Of a stretch of DNA of 64,000 nt, positions 27,017-40,620 are shown piece by piece. The first letter of the stretch is position 1; each line of letters opens with the position of its first letter. Below the pieces are notes generated by a model. It had not been told where the DNA came from and searched no databases. It saw nothing but the letters and a program-made list of their open reading frames with translations. A program made the translations under genes and the position numbers. This DNA is from Kudoa neothunni (taxonomy: Eukaryota > Animalia > Cnidaria), in the NCBI GenBank assembly GCA_964304625.1, contig OZ199839.1, positions 759,616 to 823,615 on the forward strand. Reading direction: 5' to 3'.

Positions 27017-28782
27017 CAGGGGGCGTCAAATCCGGCCCTCCGATACGTTCAATCCGGACCGCAGTGTCTTCCACCCCAACACAAGGAGTCCAGTGAGACT
27101 ATCGGGGAAAACCCATGGTCGCAAAGAAAACACAATAACATTATTAAAATAACAAAAATTGTTATTTTAAATGCGTTTTCTAATTACCGCTGTCAATTGC
27201 ATCATCTTCACAACCCTCAGTTAATAAGTTTGATCTATTTTTCAAGTGCTCAAGGTATCGTTGACTCACAACACCGCTGCTCACATCATGTATTAGTTTA
27301 TTTGTTGGATGCGACGTCAAACACGTATTATTATTTCTTCTGATCAACTGCTTTGCGATAAGTTTACATTTTACAGTTTCAGCTTTTAACGAGTGGGTTT
27401 ATTTAGTTTTTGTTGTGTTCATTAATGAAAAAATTCGTTCAACATTTGCAATTTGCAGTAGCTGGAATTTCTGTCCTTAGCATCGTGATCAATCCAATAT
27501 TTAAAGTCTACTTTTAACCAATCTTGATTGGAGCACATATTATCCCACGCTCTATTTTGATCTCCGCTTGAAATTTCACGCATACTTTAAAATAATATAC
27601 GTCATTAACTTCAAAATATGTTATTAAAAAAAAAGAAAATTTTAAGATAACATTGGAATATCCAAATACAATCACAGGTTAATAAGAACAATTGATTAAA
27701 TAACAATTATACGGGGGTCGGAAACCAGTGTGTGGTCAAACATCGTGATATCTTTTTAAAATTTCGAAAAATTTTAATTCTCTCTACTCTTAAAACAAGA
27801 AATATGATTATTCTACCTAATTCTAAAACTTATTATTTATGAAGTAATCTCAAAGAATTCAATAGTCTACAAGTTTTGCAAATAAACAAAAAAACCAAGA
27901 TTTGGCTTCAAGTGAAACCCCCCAAAGTTTGGACGCACTGCCCCAACATTCGAATTCGCCTGTGCATGCGAAGGTGTGTTGACTTACTTAAAAACTATCA
28001 ATACGTTACTTTAGTAGATGAGTATTGATTAAAAATCCTCATTTAATTCCTTTAACGTTTTTATTTTTTCTTAATTGAAACAAAAGGGAAAATCGACACA
28101 TTACTATAGCAAGATTATGATGAATGTAGAACGTACGAATCAATAAAATACATGTTTCGAGGTTTATTTCATTCGTGTACTTCTATTAGTTTAAAATTCT
28201 TAATTATTTAAATTTATAAATTAAATTGATTAGCTCTAATTTTTAATCTAGTTGAGTTTAATTGATTTAATCCTAGCAATTTAAAATGATAGGACAATAA
28301 TCACCGTTCCTAGATATTTTCTAGCATCACATACATTATTTTACATAATTATGTACTTATCTCCAAATTGTGATTAATTAAGAAATAATAAAAAACTTCA
28401 AAACTCGCCAAATGAACACCTTATTAACGTCTACACGATTTGAATATGATCAAATGAATAAACTATAAATTTTATGTCTGAAAAATTGTAATTCTTAATT
28501 ACAACCATAAATATAGTTAGTTTTGCGATTTTTGTGAATTATACAGTAGAAAACGGATGATTCGTAATCCCATTGTGGGCCCCAAAACTGAAATTTACCA
28601 AATCCTACCGCGAGAATCAGTAATCTGTTTCACATTCACATACAAATTCATTATTTTTGTATATTTATACTATTTTCGTTCCATTTTTATAACTGGTTTT
28701 CGAAAACATTTTCTTAATCTGACCCTAGAAGCTTAAGAAATTAAAGATTTGGCCCGCAAGTTAAAAATGTTGGTTACCCTTG
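27017..28782. mobile_element. Non-autonomous hAT-like element
   Basis: Degenerate TIRs CAGGGGGCGTCAA and TTGGTTACCCTTG, GGCCC subterminal motifs, and a partial 8-bp TSD (tcctaaac/tcttaatt). Confidence 0.55.
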
Positions 28783-29914
28783 TCTTAATTCATATCTACT
28801 CTTGTTTGTAGACATCTGTAAGTAATCGATTTTACATATTTCGGATTTTTCTTTCTTTCCAACATATCGTGATTTTATTTGTTCCAAAACAGAAAGAAAA
28901 TTAGAAAATATTCAGTTAATATTACGTATCAATTTAATTTTGAAAAAAATAGTTTAATAAATATATATTTCAAAAGTTCGAAAAGTCTCCCAAACAGTTG
29001 GCGGATTTTTGTACTTTATAAATTGCAGAAAAAATTATAAATAATTACAAATTTGTCGAATCTTTTGGAAGTTTACTACGAAGGAGAGCTAAGCTGCAGT
29101 TGTAAAACATTTTAATCTAAAAATAATTTTAACACTGGATGGAAATTAACCAAAAAAGAGTAAATAGTCGAATTATTAGAAAGTGTTTTAGCGTCACCAA
29201 TAAGGAAAATGATAAAAATTTAAGCAATGGTATAACAAAATCGCGCAAAACCGGACTTTTCTCATTAGTTTAAATGGAAAATTTGCATTTTATCATTGCG
29301 TTAAAAATTATGAAAAATTCGTTACCCACTGTTCCATGATTCCAATAGAAGTTATTTTAACTAATATCCTCGTAAAATATTAAATACACACATCTTTACG
29401 CTACCTAAAAGGATATATTAGTCATATCTACATCAATAAATTATACGAAAGAATTATTTTAATAAATATAATTTATGACTTTACGATGTTTTCTATTATT
29501 CAAATTAACCAAATAAATCAATGTACCCTTGAAGTAAGTACTTACGAAATCAATACAACCTCAAATTCAAGAGATAAGAAGAGTGTGAATAACTCATTTT
29601 CACTAACAAATATAAATCAAAATGTAATAGATTATAATGTGATGTTACTACTCACTAGTTGTTAGTCCTATTACAATAGGAAACCGATTCATTGCACTTT
29701 TTTTCTGTTTTTAATCGCATTCTTGCTCTGATAAGTATGCGATAAAAATAATTTTCCTTCTTATAAATGGCAAATTTGTATAATGTATGTATATTTTTCA
29801 ACGTATTCTCCTTTAAACTGTTTTTAATAATCCGGATTAATTACCTTTGACAAACGTACATGTTGCTTCACGTTTTTTGTTTACAAGGTAAACCCTTGGC
29901 GCAACTTGTTACTT

Positions 29915-30390
29915 GTTAGGTTGTGAAGTTCAGGTTGATTAGACCTTCTCCATTTACGCTTTAGGCACAGCAGCGTGTCATATCGAGGCGACTTACGTCT
30001 ATGCGGTAATGTGGGATTCTAACCCATTAAACATCCTCGTTTCGGAGAAAACCACCACCCCAACCATACACCCTGAACTAACTCAGAATTAGTCTGGGAA
30101 AGTCGTCTGAATGTGGTATCGGCTCTATGGAAACCCCCTACTGGGTTGTATTTCGTTCCTGTACCCCGGCGTTTATGAGTTTATGAGCGGCCGAGTTCTA
30201 CCCTACCGCCATGCTCCCCTCCAAGCTGCAAGCAAGACCCCGATAAATCGTAGATCCTTGCGATTAGATTACTACAGCCTTCCTACTTAGTTTCGGATTA
30301 GGAGCACAGGGATGCCCGGACTAGGCTTCGAACTTGTAACCTCAAGGCATGCGATCTCGACCTAACACCACTATGCCATATTGTCCAGGC
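29915..30390 (-). mobile_element. tRNA-derived SINE, near full length (~475 bp)
   Basis: The head has an acceptor-like stem GCCTGGAC/GTCCGGGC, A box TGGCATAGTGG and B box GTTCGAAGCC. The 3' part has a TAAGTCGCCTC..ATGACA motif and an AACCT-like tail. A second copy starts at 17398. Confidence 0.75.
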
Positions 30391-31825
30391 TTATGTTGAT
30401 GTTGCCTTACGATAATTCGGACTTCCGATTGGACACAAATCCTTTTTACAAACAATTTACGTTCTACTTTATTATGTTATATCCTGTACTTACTGAAGGT
30501 GTTCTACATCAAGAGAGATACGCGAATTATAATAATTTAATAATTCTAATTTAAATAGATGCAGTCATATTAATAATAATTAATGTAGACGCATTGACGA
30601 GAATGAGAATTCTTTTTTTCTTAGGGTACTTGTTGCAGATCCTATAATTTACATGGGTTCATAAGGGCCCACAATTATATTTAAAACTGAATATAACATA
30701 TTCTTTAATAATATAATAAATTTAAATAAAATAAGGTTAGATTAATATTGTTGTATAAATTTGTAGGGTCAAACTTTATTTCTTCCTCTTGACGCTCGCA
30801 CACAACGTGCGAAAATTCGATTACCTACAATAGTATTAAACTGCGGCTCACCGCACGGGAGTGGGTGACACGTCACTAACTTAGATCCTTGTTATTATTA
30901 CAACATTGTATCGATCTCGCTTCGGCCCTCTTCTATTACACCGAATAAATATTATTATCAAGAATAAATGCACATTTAAGCACCTGAGTAAGATTTAAAG
31001 CTCACAAACCATCATAAATATTTAACGACAAAATAAATGTACTAAATTTTAATATTTGAGGAGTAAAACGAAGCTTAACACATTATTTAAGCAAATTTAA
31101 TATATCAAGGTTAAAATGTAGAATAGTGGCCGTAATCAAAATCAGCGATAACGAACAAAAAGAAGCTGTTGATTATTTTATTTTTAAGTATTTTTAGTGT
31201 TACGCCACCGGCAGGTTACTTTCGGCAGTTGCTATTTGCTATCATAGTAGCAATTGCCGAAATCTATTATTGCAGAGAACTTCTAGCCCCTCGCTATTAT
31301 TTTAACAGGCTATACTACCAATTAAGCCGGGTCGAGTATAATATGTTATATTAATTCTAAAATAGAAGTCGAAAAATTCTAATTATAATGGATTGTCGTA
31401 ATATATCCCTGGTGATTGCTTACTGTATCGATTCTTTGTCTATACGAATAAGAATTTCATATTTTACACAAGCATTAGCTAATTATTTGCGGCGAATGCA
31501 TAATGTTATTATCAAAAATAATTTATTATAATTGATTCAGTCATTCCTACCATTAAATGTTCAATATATTTCATGCTAATTTATTATCGAAAATGCAGGA
31601 TTAATCTATTAACTAATTATAATCTTTAATCGGAAAATGCGACCATTATTCTGAATTTAGACCTATCTCAATTATTCCAGGAGTTATTCATTAGCGCAAG
31701 TTTAACTCGTAATGAAGAAGGGGTTATACGGATTCGAAACAATAACTACTGTCATTGTGAACTTTTAATAAGATGAAAGAAAAGAAAGGTGTTATCAAAA
31801 ATCAATGATAGAAAAATTGAATCAG

Positions 31826-32485
31826 CTAGACAATTCCATTAGCAGACTGATCATACAAATGTAGAGCGGATAATATTATGTTAGCAAGTTGTTTGAAATT
31901 GGAAGATTTCATTTTAGATGTAATATCAGATAGTGGTTTTTCTGAATTGGTGATAGTGGTGAAAATATTTCGTACACTGGGGTCTTTTAACATATTTTTA
32001 ATGATTTCGGAATTTTCTATCGACAACAAAATAATATATTGAACGAAATAGAGCCAACTACTCAATGATTTGAGATTTTCTTCGCCAAGTGTGAACATGC
32101 CATATATTTCTTCCATTTGAAGTCTGTATTTTTCCTCCAACAATATTCTAGTATTATCATCGATTTCTTGCTCGTCATTGTCATCATCGGTAATTTCTCC
32201 ACTTTCTGGATCACTATTGCAATTCTTATATTCCGAAGATGTTTCGTGTTGTGTTTTTGGAGAAGTGGTATCTAGCTTTACATCGCGGCCATGGCAGCAA
32301 GCTACAGACAATAAATACGCGGAGTGGGGATTAAATAAATACTTTTGTGTTTATCCCAACATGTCAAACCACAACTAAAATATATGAAATGAAGGAGCTG
32401 TAGAAAAAATTTCATACTATGATTTATGGCATCCTGGGCATTTATAACATGAATTTTCACCGGAACATTCCACACAAACCCCCAT
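31826..32485 (-). CDS. ZNHIT3: Zinc finger HIT domain protein 3 (box C/D snoRNP assembly), 4 exons
   Basis: The spliced N-terminus MGVCVECSGENSCYKCPGCHKSYCGLTCWDKHK is a zf-HIT domain. An acidic linker follows, then the C-terminal helical domain (L.NSEIIKNMLKDPSVR...FKQLANIIL). Confidence 0.85.
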
Positions 32486-33609
32486 GATAATTACGTACAC
32501 GCGTGCGCGTGCCTAAATAATACGTTTCCAAACTGGAGATGCCAAGTGAGAGAGAGTATATCACAATCGTGAATTATTTTTGAATAATTTTTTGAAGTAA
32601 ATTATAGAATTTCCCAATATGTGAAAATTAAAAAATTAAGGAATGCAGTGACTTTTGGCGTGCGAAATTAAACAAAAAATTAAAAAATTAGGTTATATGT
32701 TGACCAACTAGAATACTTATTTAGTTTAATATTTGAATTAATTTGTAATGGAACACGATTTAAAATTTGAAGATTCACAAAAAAGTATTATGCGAAATGA
32801 GAAATCTTTTTATTAAATCATAAACCAACCAACTAAAATACAGGTGTTGATTTTGATGCATCACGAGGAATTCATTAGCTTTGCTAATAAAAACACATTG
32901 AGAATCTACTATTTTTTTCTCCTTTCAGTACAACGCACTTTTAAATCAAAATCCATATTTTCTCGTTTTGAGAGTTTTTATTACTTTCGAATTAGACAAT
33001 CGTTATAATGTTAAAACAACCAGTCTACATAGGTATAATAGTATTCGAAGTAGATCTTATTTTTACATCAAAGACCTTCATTGCTTCAAATTTAGCGTTT
33101 GATTTATTCGCTATTTTTTGATAATATTTTATAATTTCAACTTTTGGGATAGAGTTGGAATTTTCTACGGTCTGTTGACGCATAAGTCATAATCTTCATA
33201 GGTGTGAAGAAAAATCATTACGCACGAGCCATAATTACCCACGACATATAAAATGCATAAAAACTATTGATATTTTAATTTTTCTAAAATAAAATCGAGG
33301 AAATATGTTACTTTTGTTATAAATTTTACAGAGTAAAAATTAAATTTTCTATATATTCGTTAATATATGTTTTATTGTGATATTACCTACGACCCATAAG
33401 ACAGTGTACATTGTTTTTTTAATTTAATTAATTGTAGATTAACTCACTTTCCTACATAAATACTTAAAAAATGCTAATGAAAATAAGTATTATGGCTTCT
33501 GATTGAATAAAAATTAAATGTTTCCATTTGTAGAACCACACAATCACACGACTCTGTGCAATTATGACGTTGATTTCGTTCTATTTTATAAAACCCCCTT
33601 TAGTAATAA

Positions 33610-34722
33610 TTAGCGAGAACTGCCCAGCGTCGCTTGGTGAGGATTTCACATAGATACGTTTCTTAATAATATTCAAAAAATATATTGAAGATTCAAATTT
33701 ATCCATAGATACAAAATAACTAAAAAATTTTAAATGACAGTTTCTACGATTTGGATTAGCGAAATTTGAATTTTGAACATTTCTCTGAAAAAAGTGTCAT
33801 TCCCGGCGTTCATTTAAAAATTTCGTGGCCCGGCAACAACGCCAAATAATTTACTGTCAATGTCGTATTTTTTTGCATTCCCAAATTATTTAAATCCCGT
33901 TAAAATGTTCCCTAAAAGTTATTTTTGGCTCGGCTCAGAAAGTTTATGCACCACTGTTTATGGGGGACAAATAAATAGAAACAAATATAGAGATAGAAGA
34001 AAATTAATTTTTGTTGCTCAAATTAATATCCATTGGTCGGGCATAAACTTTAATGCGATCTTTCTCAAAAACGCGTACAAATCGAGTCAATAACAATATA
34101 TTTATTTTAAATAATAAGATGGAATAAAAATACACTGCCTGCATTGAATTTAATCACGGAAAGTTATTTTTAACGGACGATTTCAATGAAATCTACGGAT
34201 GAAATATTTCCATTATAACGCGTCAATCAATGTAATTTCAACGTTATACACAAACTCGTTATTCATAAAACATACATAGATTTTTTTATCATATCTAAAA
34301 CCATTAATATAACCTTCAAAATGTGTTTATCAAGTCAAATATGTTAGAACTCCACAAATGAGTTTATTTTCAAAAACACAAATGTACATGCCAACATTAT
34401 ATAAAATGTCAGATGATATCGCTTAATCAACATTTTACAGAGCATATAAGGAGAATGTTAACTTCAATCAAACATAAGCAGGCGTTAATCCAATTGTTGA
34501 ACCCACATAATCCGATAAACAAACTTTGAATCGATAAAATCATCGTTTTGTAAACACTTTTGGCAATATTTGGTAATGTGAAAACTATTTAAAGATTTTT
34601 GGAACTTAGTAATTTTTAACAAATTTCATAAATGTCTCTCTATAAGGAAAAAATTGTCTACGCGCAGGCGTACTTACTGACACCCACACATTTCAGCTTT
34701 ATATATATAGTCGATATTAGAT
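33610..34722 (-). mobile_element. Non-autonomous Helitron-like element
   Basis: A 5'-type CTATATATATAAAGCTGAAATGTGTG segment is near 34710. A hairpin plus a CTAA|T end is at 33610. The architecture matches 17817-20262. Confidence 0.55.
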
Positions 34723-36856
34723 AATTTTAGTAATACAGTATTACGTTCGAATTTTAAGATAAGGTTAACTTTAATTGTGACTAAAATTAATATGCAGAAT
34801 CCATCGAAAAACTCTATGTAGGAATCGAATTGAAGTTCAAGGATTATGAGATTAAAATCTAGAAAGTGGTTACGTAGAATCGAGATCTTATTGGAATTAA
34901 TGTATAGAATTTGTTTAGCCGGGGAAAAATTAACTTTGGTATTTTAAAGATTTTAATCAGATGAAATTGTGAAGTTTTCCACCGGTAAAATTTTACTTAA
35001 AGGGTGTTTTTAAGTTCTTTTTTTTTTGAAGAAAATCCATTAATGAATCAGTGGTACGTAATATCCTTGGGGGGGGGGGGAATTGTACGTACGGCCAGTC
35101 CTCACTTGATTTTTTATTTTTCGTTTATTAGTTGAAATTATACTTATAAATTACTTAATGCGAGTAATTCTAGCATAATACAATTTTTAAAATCACTAAA
35201 AATGTGAGCGAACCTTTAATATATAAAATAACTAATGTTCATACGAGTGTTGCTACGTATGGCTGGTCCGTTACTGTGTTATTTTTAGTTTATCTAATTG
35301 CATGATGTGCTTTTATAATTCAAATAAGATTTAAAAAAATTTTATTATTTCAAATATGTAATCAAAATTATTAGAAATCGATTAAAATAAAGTTTTTATT
35401 AATACCTTAAAATAAAGTGAGAACCTGAAAATAATAATTACGGTAAGTGACCGTTTTTACTTAATCATGAGTGCGAACAAAAATATTTTGGTTGTATCGT
35501 CCTTTGGTTACAGTTTTAGTAATGAATATTCGCTATAACCAAAAAAATCATAAGAATAAGATATATGATTTTATTACGTGTCCATAATGTAACTCTTTTT
35601 GGAAATGTACTATATTTAATATAATATTTGCCCAATGCTACTCAAGATAATTCTTAATTACATAGATTTTTATAATTTGAATTAGTTAAATTGCATAATA
35701 ATTTCTGTAGTATATTATTAAAATAATCGTTAATTCCTCATCGCAGTTATTTCAACAGGCCATATCATTTAATCTATCGATTAAAACATGCTTTATGTAT
35801 TGTAAGATATGAGTTTGACAACTATGATTTTGATGGATCGTTCCAGTTTCTCCTTGGCCATTACCTGCCATTAATTCAATATCTGTAAGAATAAGAATTT
35901 CATCTTTTCTGCAAGCATTTGGTGTTGAATTGTATCAAAAACATAACGTTAATATCAAAAAGAATCCTATTAGATGAAATGCAAAGAATCCCAATGCAAG
36001 TTGTTCGACAAATTTCATACTAATTTGTTTTAAAGTATTCAGTATTAATGTCCAAATTAATTATAATCTTTTATCAGAAAATTCGGCCATTATTTTACAT
36101 TTTAACCTTTTAATTTTATTCCACGTTATTATTTTCTGAATAAAGCCAGGTCATTAATTTTGTGATATTATTAGTAGCACACATTTATTTTCGTTGTATT
36201 TTATTTATTTTAATTAAGGAATAAAAATTTTTTAAATATGTATGCAACTTTTTATTTTATTGAATCGCGTTCCTCAATTCCAGTTGTAAACAAATTAATC
36301 CGATAAAAAATAATTCCACTAGTTAAATTTATTATTCGGTTTAAAAAACGCGCATTCAAATATTTATGATAATTCTTCATTAGTTTTTAAAATATCGTAA
36401 ATTCAATTTCGTAATAATTAATGGCGATTGAGAATAATTTTATTCGCTCTCCAAAAAGACTCATTTTACTTAAGCTTAATTATTTTGGACGACATTTGAG
36501 GAAGGATAATTTAACTTGACCGGTCATTGAGAATAAAAACGCCGTTCAATAAATTGAGTAAAATTTGTTGATCACGTGAGTTTTAATCTGACTATTTTAT
36601 ATCCGAGTTTAATTATGATCGGCTTAAAATTCATGAAATATTTTAAAAAATATAAAGTTCTACTCAATCAATATACATGAAGTATTGAAAGATTTTAGGT
36701 AACTTCTAAAACTGGTTACTTAGTGAAACAGAGAGGAAATACACAAAATCAATATTATTTACCTAAGTAATAAAATAAAAATTATTATCTAAATTAAATT
36801 AATATTGTTATGTAAAATATGGTTAGCCGAGGAAATCTTGTTCGACAAATAGAAAT

Positions 36857-39753
36857 TTAATTTTTATTCCTCCAATATCCAAAGTAGAATCCAGCACCAA
36901 GGATAACGATCAATGCTGGAACAATCACAGCAACAATTCTATAACGAATAATTAATATAATAAATTTCCAATCAAGTACATTGTATTTTTCGACCTAAAA
37001 TAAACATAAAAAATATCCCACTATCGTACTTTACGTCGATTTGTTTGATTTTTCACCTAAACAAAAAATTATAAATTATTCGACGATCATTTGACAATTA
37101 CCTTGTTTAATTTCAGCCGCACCAGAAATATTGTTATTTGTGCTGTGAAATAAGACCAAGCGGTAATTGGTTGTGTCCTTAACATTTTCAATTGTAAATT
37201 CCTTGCATGATGGAAACACGGAACAACCTTCATCGCCAATAACCATACATTTTTTAACAATCGGTTTAGAAAGATCTGTCCAATCTCTTAATTCCCATTT
37301 ACATAATGATGTTTCTTCTACACCGCTGGGAAGAGTAGTTTTTACGTGTAAGGTTTTTTCGTCCCGTGTAATCACCGAAATTAATTGTTTGGTAATATCC
37401 GCAGTAGGCGTAGGGAATGGATCTAAATATTAAATTAATATCTAATATAAGTATTGAAAATTTATTTAATAAAAAATATATTTTAATTTTGTATTGGAAA
37501 ATTTATTACATTGGGGTATGTCAATGGATGTTTCCACCGACCTGCCAACAGCCGTCACTAAAACTTTATATTCTTTTTCTGCCTCATATACTTCATGGAA
37601 TATAATATCTGTGCATACAGGCGGTTGAGTGCATGAGGGAATCGCGGGGTTTGTTTTAGATGTTGCATCCTTTGACTGTTGTCCCCCTGTTGATCTAACT
37701 ATCAGTATTTTAGATGCCGATTTATGTGAAGAATTCCTCTTATTTGTCGATGGGGGTGCTTCTGGACATTGATAGATTAAATCAAATTCCTCCCCTTTCT
37801 TTACTTGCACTTTATAATGACAAACTGCCGTAGGGTCTGGGGTCGATAATACACCTGTCAGTTTGAAGCCTTTGTCAAGAAATTGCGACTGGAGTGTAAG
37901 TGTTGACATTGCTAAAATGTTTTTTTTTACTTTATCTCAAATATTTTTCTACCTGTTTTTATTTGATGCACTTTTGTCCCAAAATCTTTATGCGCGACAA
38001 TCTTTAGATCATAATCAGTTCCAGGTGTTAAACCTACAATATTTTGAATATCTTTGCAATAACCTCTGCATGGGTAACTATCTTGGCACATTGCACACAC
38101 ATAAACATCCTTCCCGCGAGGGCTTATATAATAAGCACAAGTGTGGTCTGCTTTTTCACGTGCCCCAGTACCATCTATCGCTTTTATTGATGTCGTTGTT
38201 TCTGTTGTTGTTGGTTTTGTTTCCAAGAAGGATTTACCCGTGTTCTTTTCTATATATAAATGATATGAAATAATGTATTACATTAATTATATACCTGTAC
38301 GAATAAATACATGCTCCTTAAAATCTGCAGGTATATTATGTTGTTGGGGTGCTACAATTTCAAGAATGTACGACTTACCACTAGTGAGTTGCTTAATTGT
38401 TAATGCGTTGGTGCAGCTGTTGTCACATTCCGTTTCGTTCTCATCACATTTGGCTCTTACACGAGAAGTAGGCACAGGTTTGTCCGCTTCATAAAAATAT
38501 ACGGTACAAGATTCAAATTTAGTATTTCCACCGGGCTTAAACAAACTAGTATGTAAAGTAACTCCAGTAGGTGTAAAATTTGATAATAAGGTTCCATCAG
38601 CAGCACTGGTTTCTGTGATAACTATCAAGAGATTAATAGAGTCTTAATTTAAATAAGCTACTAAATTTATCCTGAATGTATCCAAGGTATTTTGTATCAG
38701 TTTTCGCTAGTGACACATGTCTTGTTTGAATCAGTATTTGGACAACCAACTTAGAAGGTTCAAAAACAAGCTCCACATTATTACAAGGTGCATAACAATC
38801 TTTTTTGTCAGAACCACAATTCGATTTATAATCATTTGTGCTTCCTTGTGTAATTTGTTTTGTGTGATCTCTTATACTGAAGCGGCATATTTCGAAGGGA
38901 AATTTATTCATGAATTTTAGTGAATATTTTTCTGTTCCGCCTGAGCTATAGGTCACATAATATTGTGGTTGATAAACATCAGTTTTCAATAAAGTATATT
39001 TATTCTGAAGTTTGTAAAAGAAACTGGGGTAGTTATCACATCTCATTTCGTAGTGTGGAATCATTAAGTCAAACTCAACTTCATTCGCCGAAGTTGCGTT
39101 GGTACAGCCCGTTCCTACTGTTCCTTCTTCATATTTCACATCCTTGTAAAATATAGGGCATTTAACTTGCTTGCATGTAACTGCACTCAATTTCAATTTA
39201 TTATCATTTGTTGTTATAGTAACTTGTGGATTCACCAATAATGCTAAATAAAATATATCAACCATTTAGTATTATGTGATTACGCAATTCAAGCCCAAAT
39301 ACTCTTCCACCATTAGTCTTATCCTTCACATCCACAACTTGGTCGCCAGTGAAAACAGCAACATACTTGGTTCTGGGGGAAAACTTGTCAAATTCTAATT
39401 TGTTACCGTCTCCGTTGCAAGCTCTAACACATTTGCCGGGAGCATTTGTCTGATTATCATCGGGGCATTTATCAATTTCCTCCAAACCACTGTCTTGATC
39501 ATTCGACTTTTTAATGTAACATTTTTTTTGCTCAATATACTCACTGCCACTTAATATTAAATTAACCATCAATTTACTTTGATGCTTCACAAGCTTATAA
39601 GTCAGTGAGTTTGTATCAGTGGCAGTACCAGATTGGGTTTCATCTGCAGAAATGAGAGTTAGATGAGCTATTTGATATTTATAATATTACAAATTATTGC
39701 TATTTACAAAAAATGGCAATATAAATTCCTAGGACAAAAACCAAGCCTTTCAT
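36857..39753 (-). CDS. 817-aa type-I membrane protein with tandem Cys-rich FN3-like modules, 10 exons
   Basis: Signal peptide MKGLVFVLGIYIAIF, FN3-type motifs (GLTPGTDYDLKIVA, QLTSGKSYILEIVA), TM IIVAVIVPALIVILGAGFYFGY and tail WRNKN. The exons total 2454 nt with all GT-AG introns in phase. Confidence 0.8.
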
Positions 39754-40620
39754 TCTATTGTTTTTAATATAAAAAATCGATAGCTGTCGCCCATATAAAA
39801 AAACTCTATTGGATTATAATTTATTTATGTACAGGATTATAAACTCGGTGAATATCCTAGTTAAATATCAATATGAATAATATAGGTTCAGTATAAAAAG
39901 GAAGGATAATAATTATAATATATTAATTTATATTCCCTTAAATTCAAGTAAAAACTCGCTGAAACTAAATTGTTGAAAGATTGAAAGTATATATGTAGAC
40001 TTATGTAGATTTCATATAGTGAAACAACATTTAACTAACTCCAACAATGCCTTTTCTTCTTTAAAGATACTGATAACGAGTTAAATTTTATTTTAGATTT
40101 TATTTCATTTAGGTAAGTAGTTGTAAATCGAAAATTTTATTTTATTTCACGTTAATTATCTCAATTCTAAAGTTTTTTCTTTATTTTGTGAATTAAACCT
40201 AGTTATAAACTAATTATGTATACACAGCATTTTTTAATTCTAAAAATATTAATTTAAAAATTTTAGTTTTAAGAACAAATATAATCGTAAGAGATTAAAT
40301 TTTACTAAAAACAAAGTCATATGTTCATTTTTATAATTAATTAAAATAACTCATGCATAATCTAAAATTTTCAACCAAATCTAATATGAAACTTGTATAA
40401 AAAAATAATTTCCAGCACTTTTTAAGAATATATTATTTGAAGCTAAAGTTATGTACTGTTATTTATTGATGTTAGTTTAGAAATATTATGTAACAATATT
40501 TTATAGGTTCTTTGTACATAAAATATTATTCTACTTTCAAATAAAAATAATATGTAAAAAATTGAACTAAAATAAAAATAAATTACTTAAAATTTATTTG
40601 AATTTGATATATAAGATATA

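Noticed and set aside
30315-30390. tRNA gene
   Set aside because: The cloverleaf is irregular and continues into a repeat body that has a second copy, so it is a SINE head.
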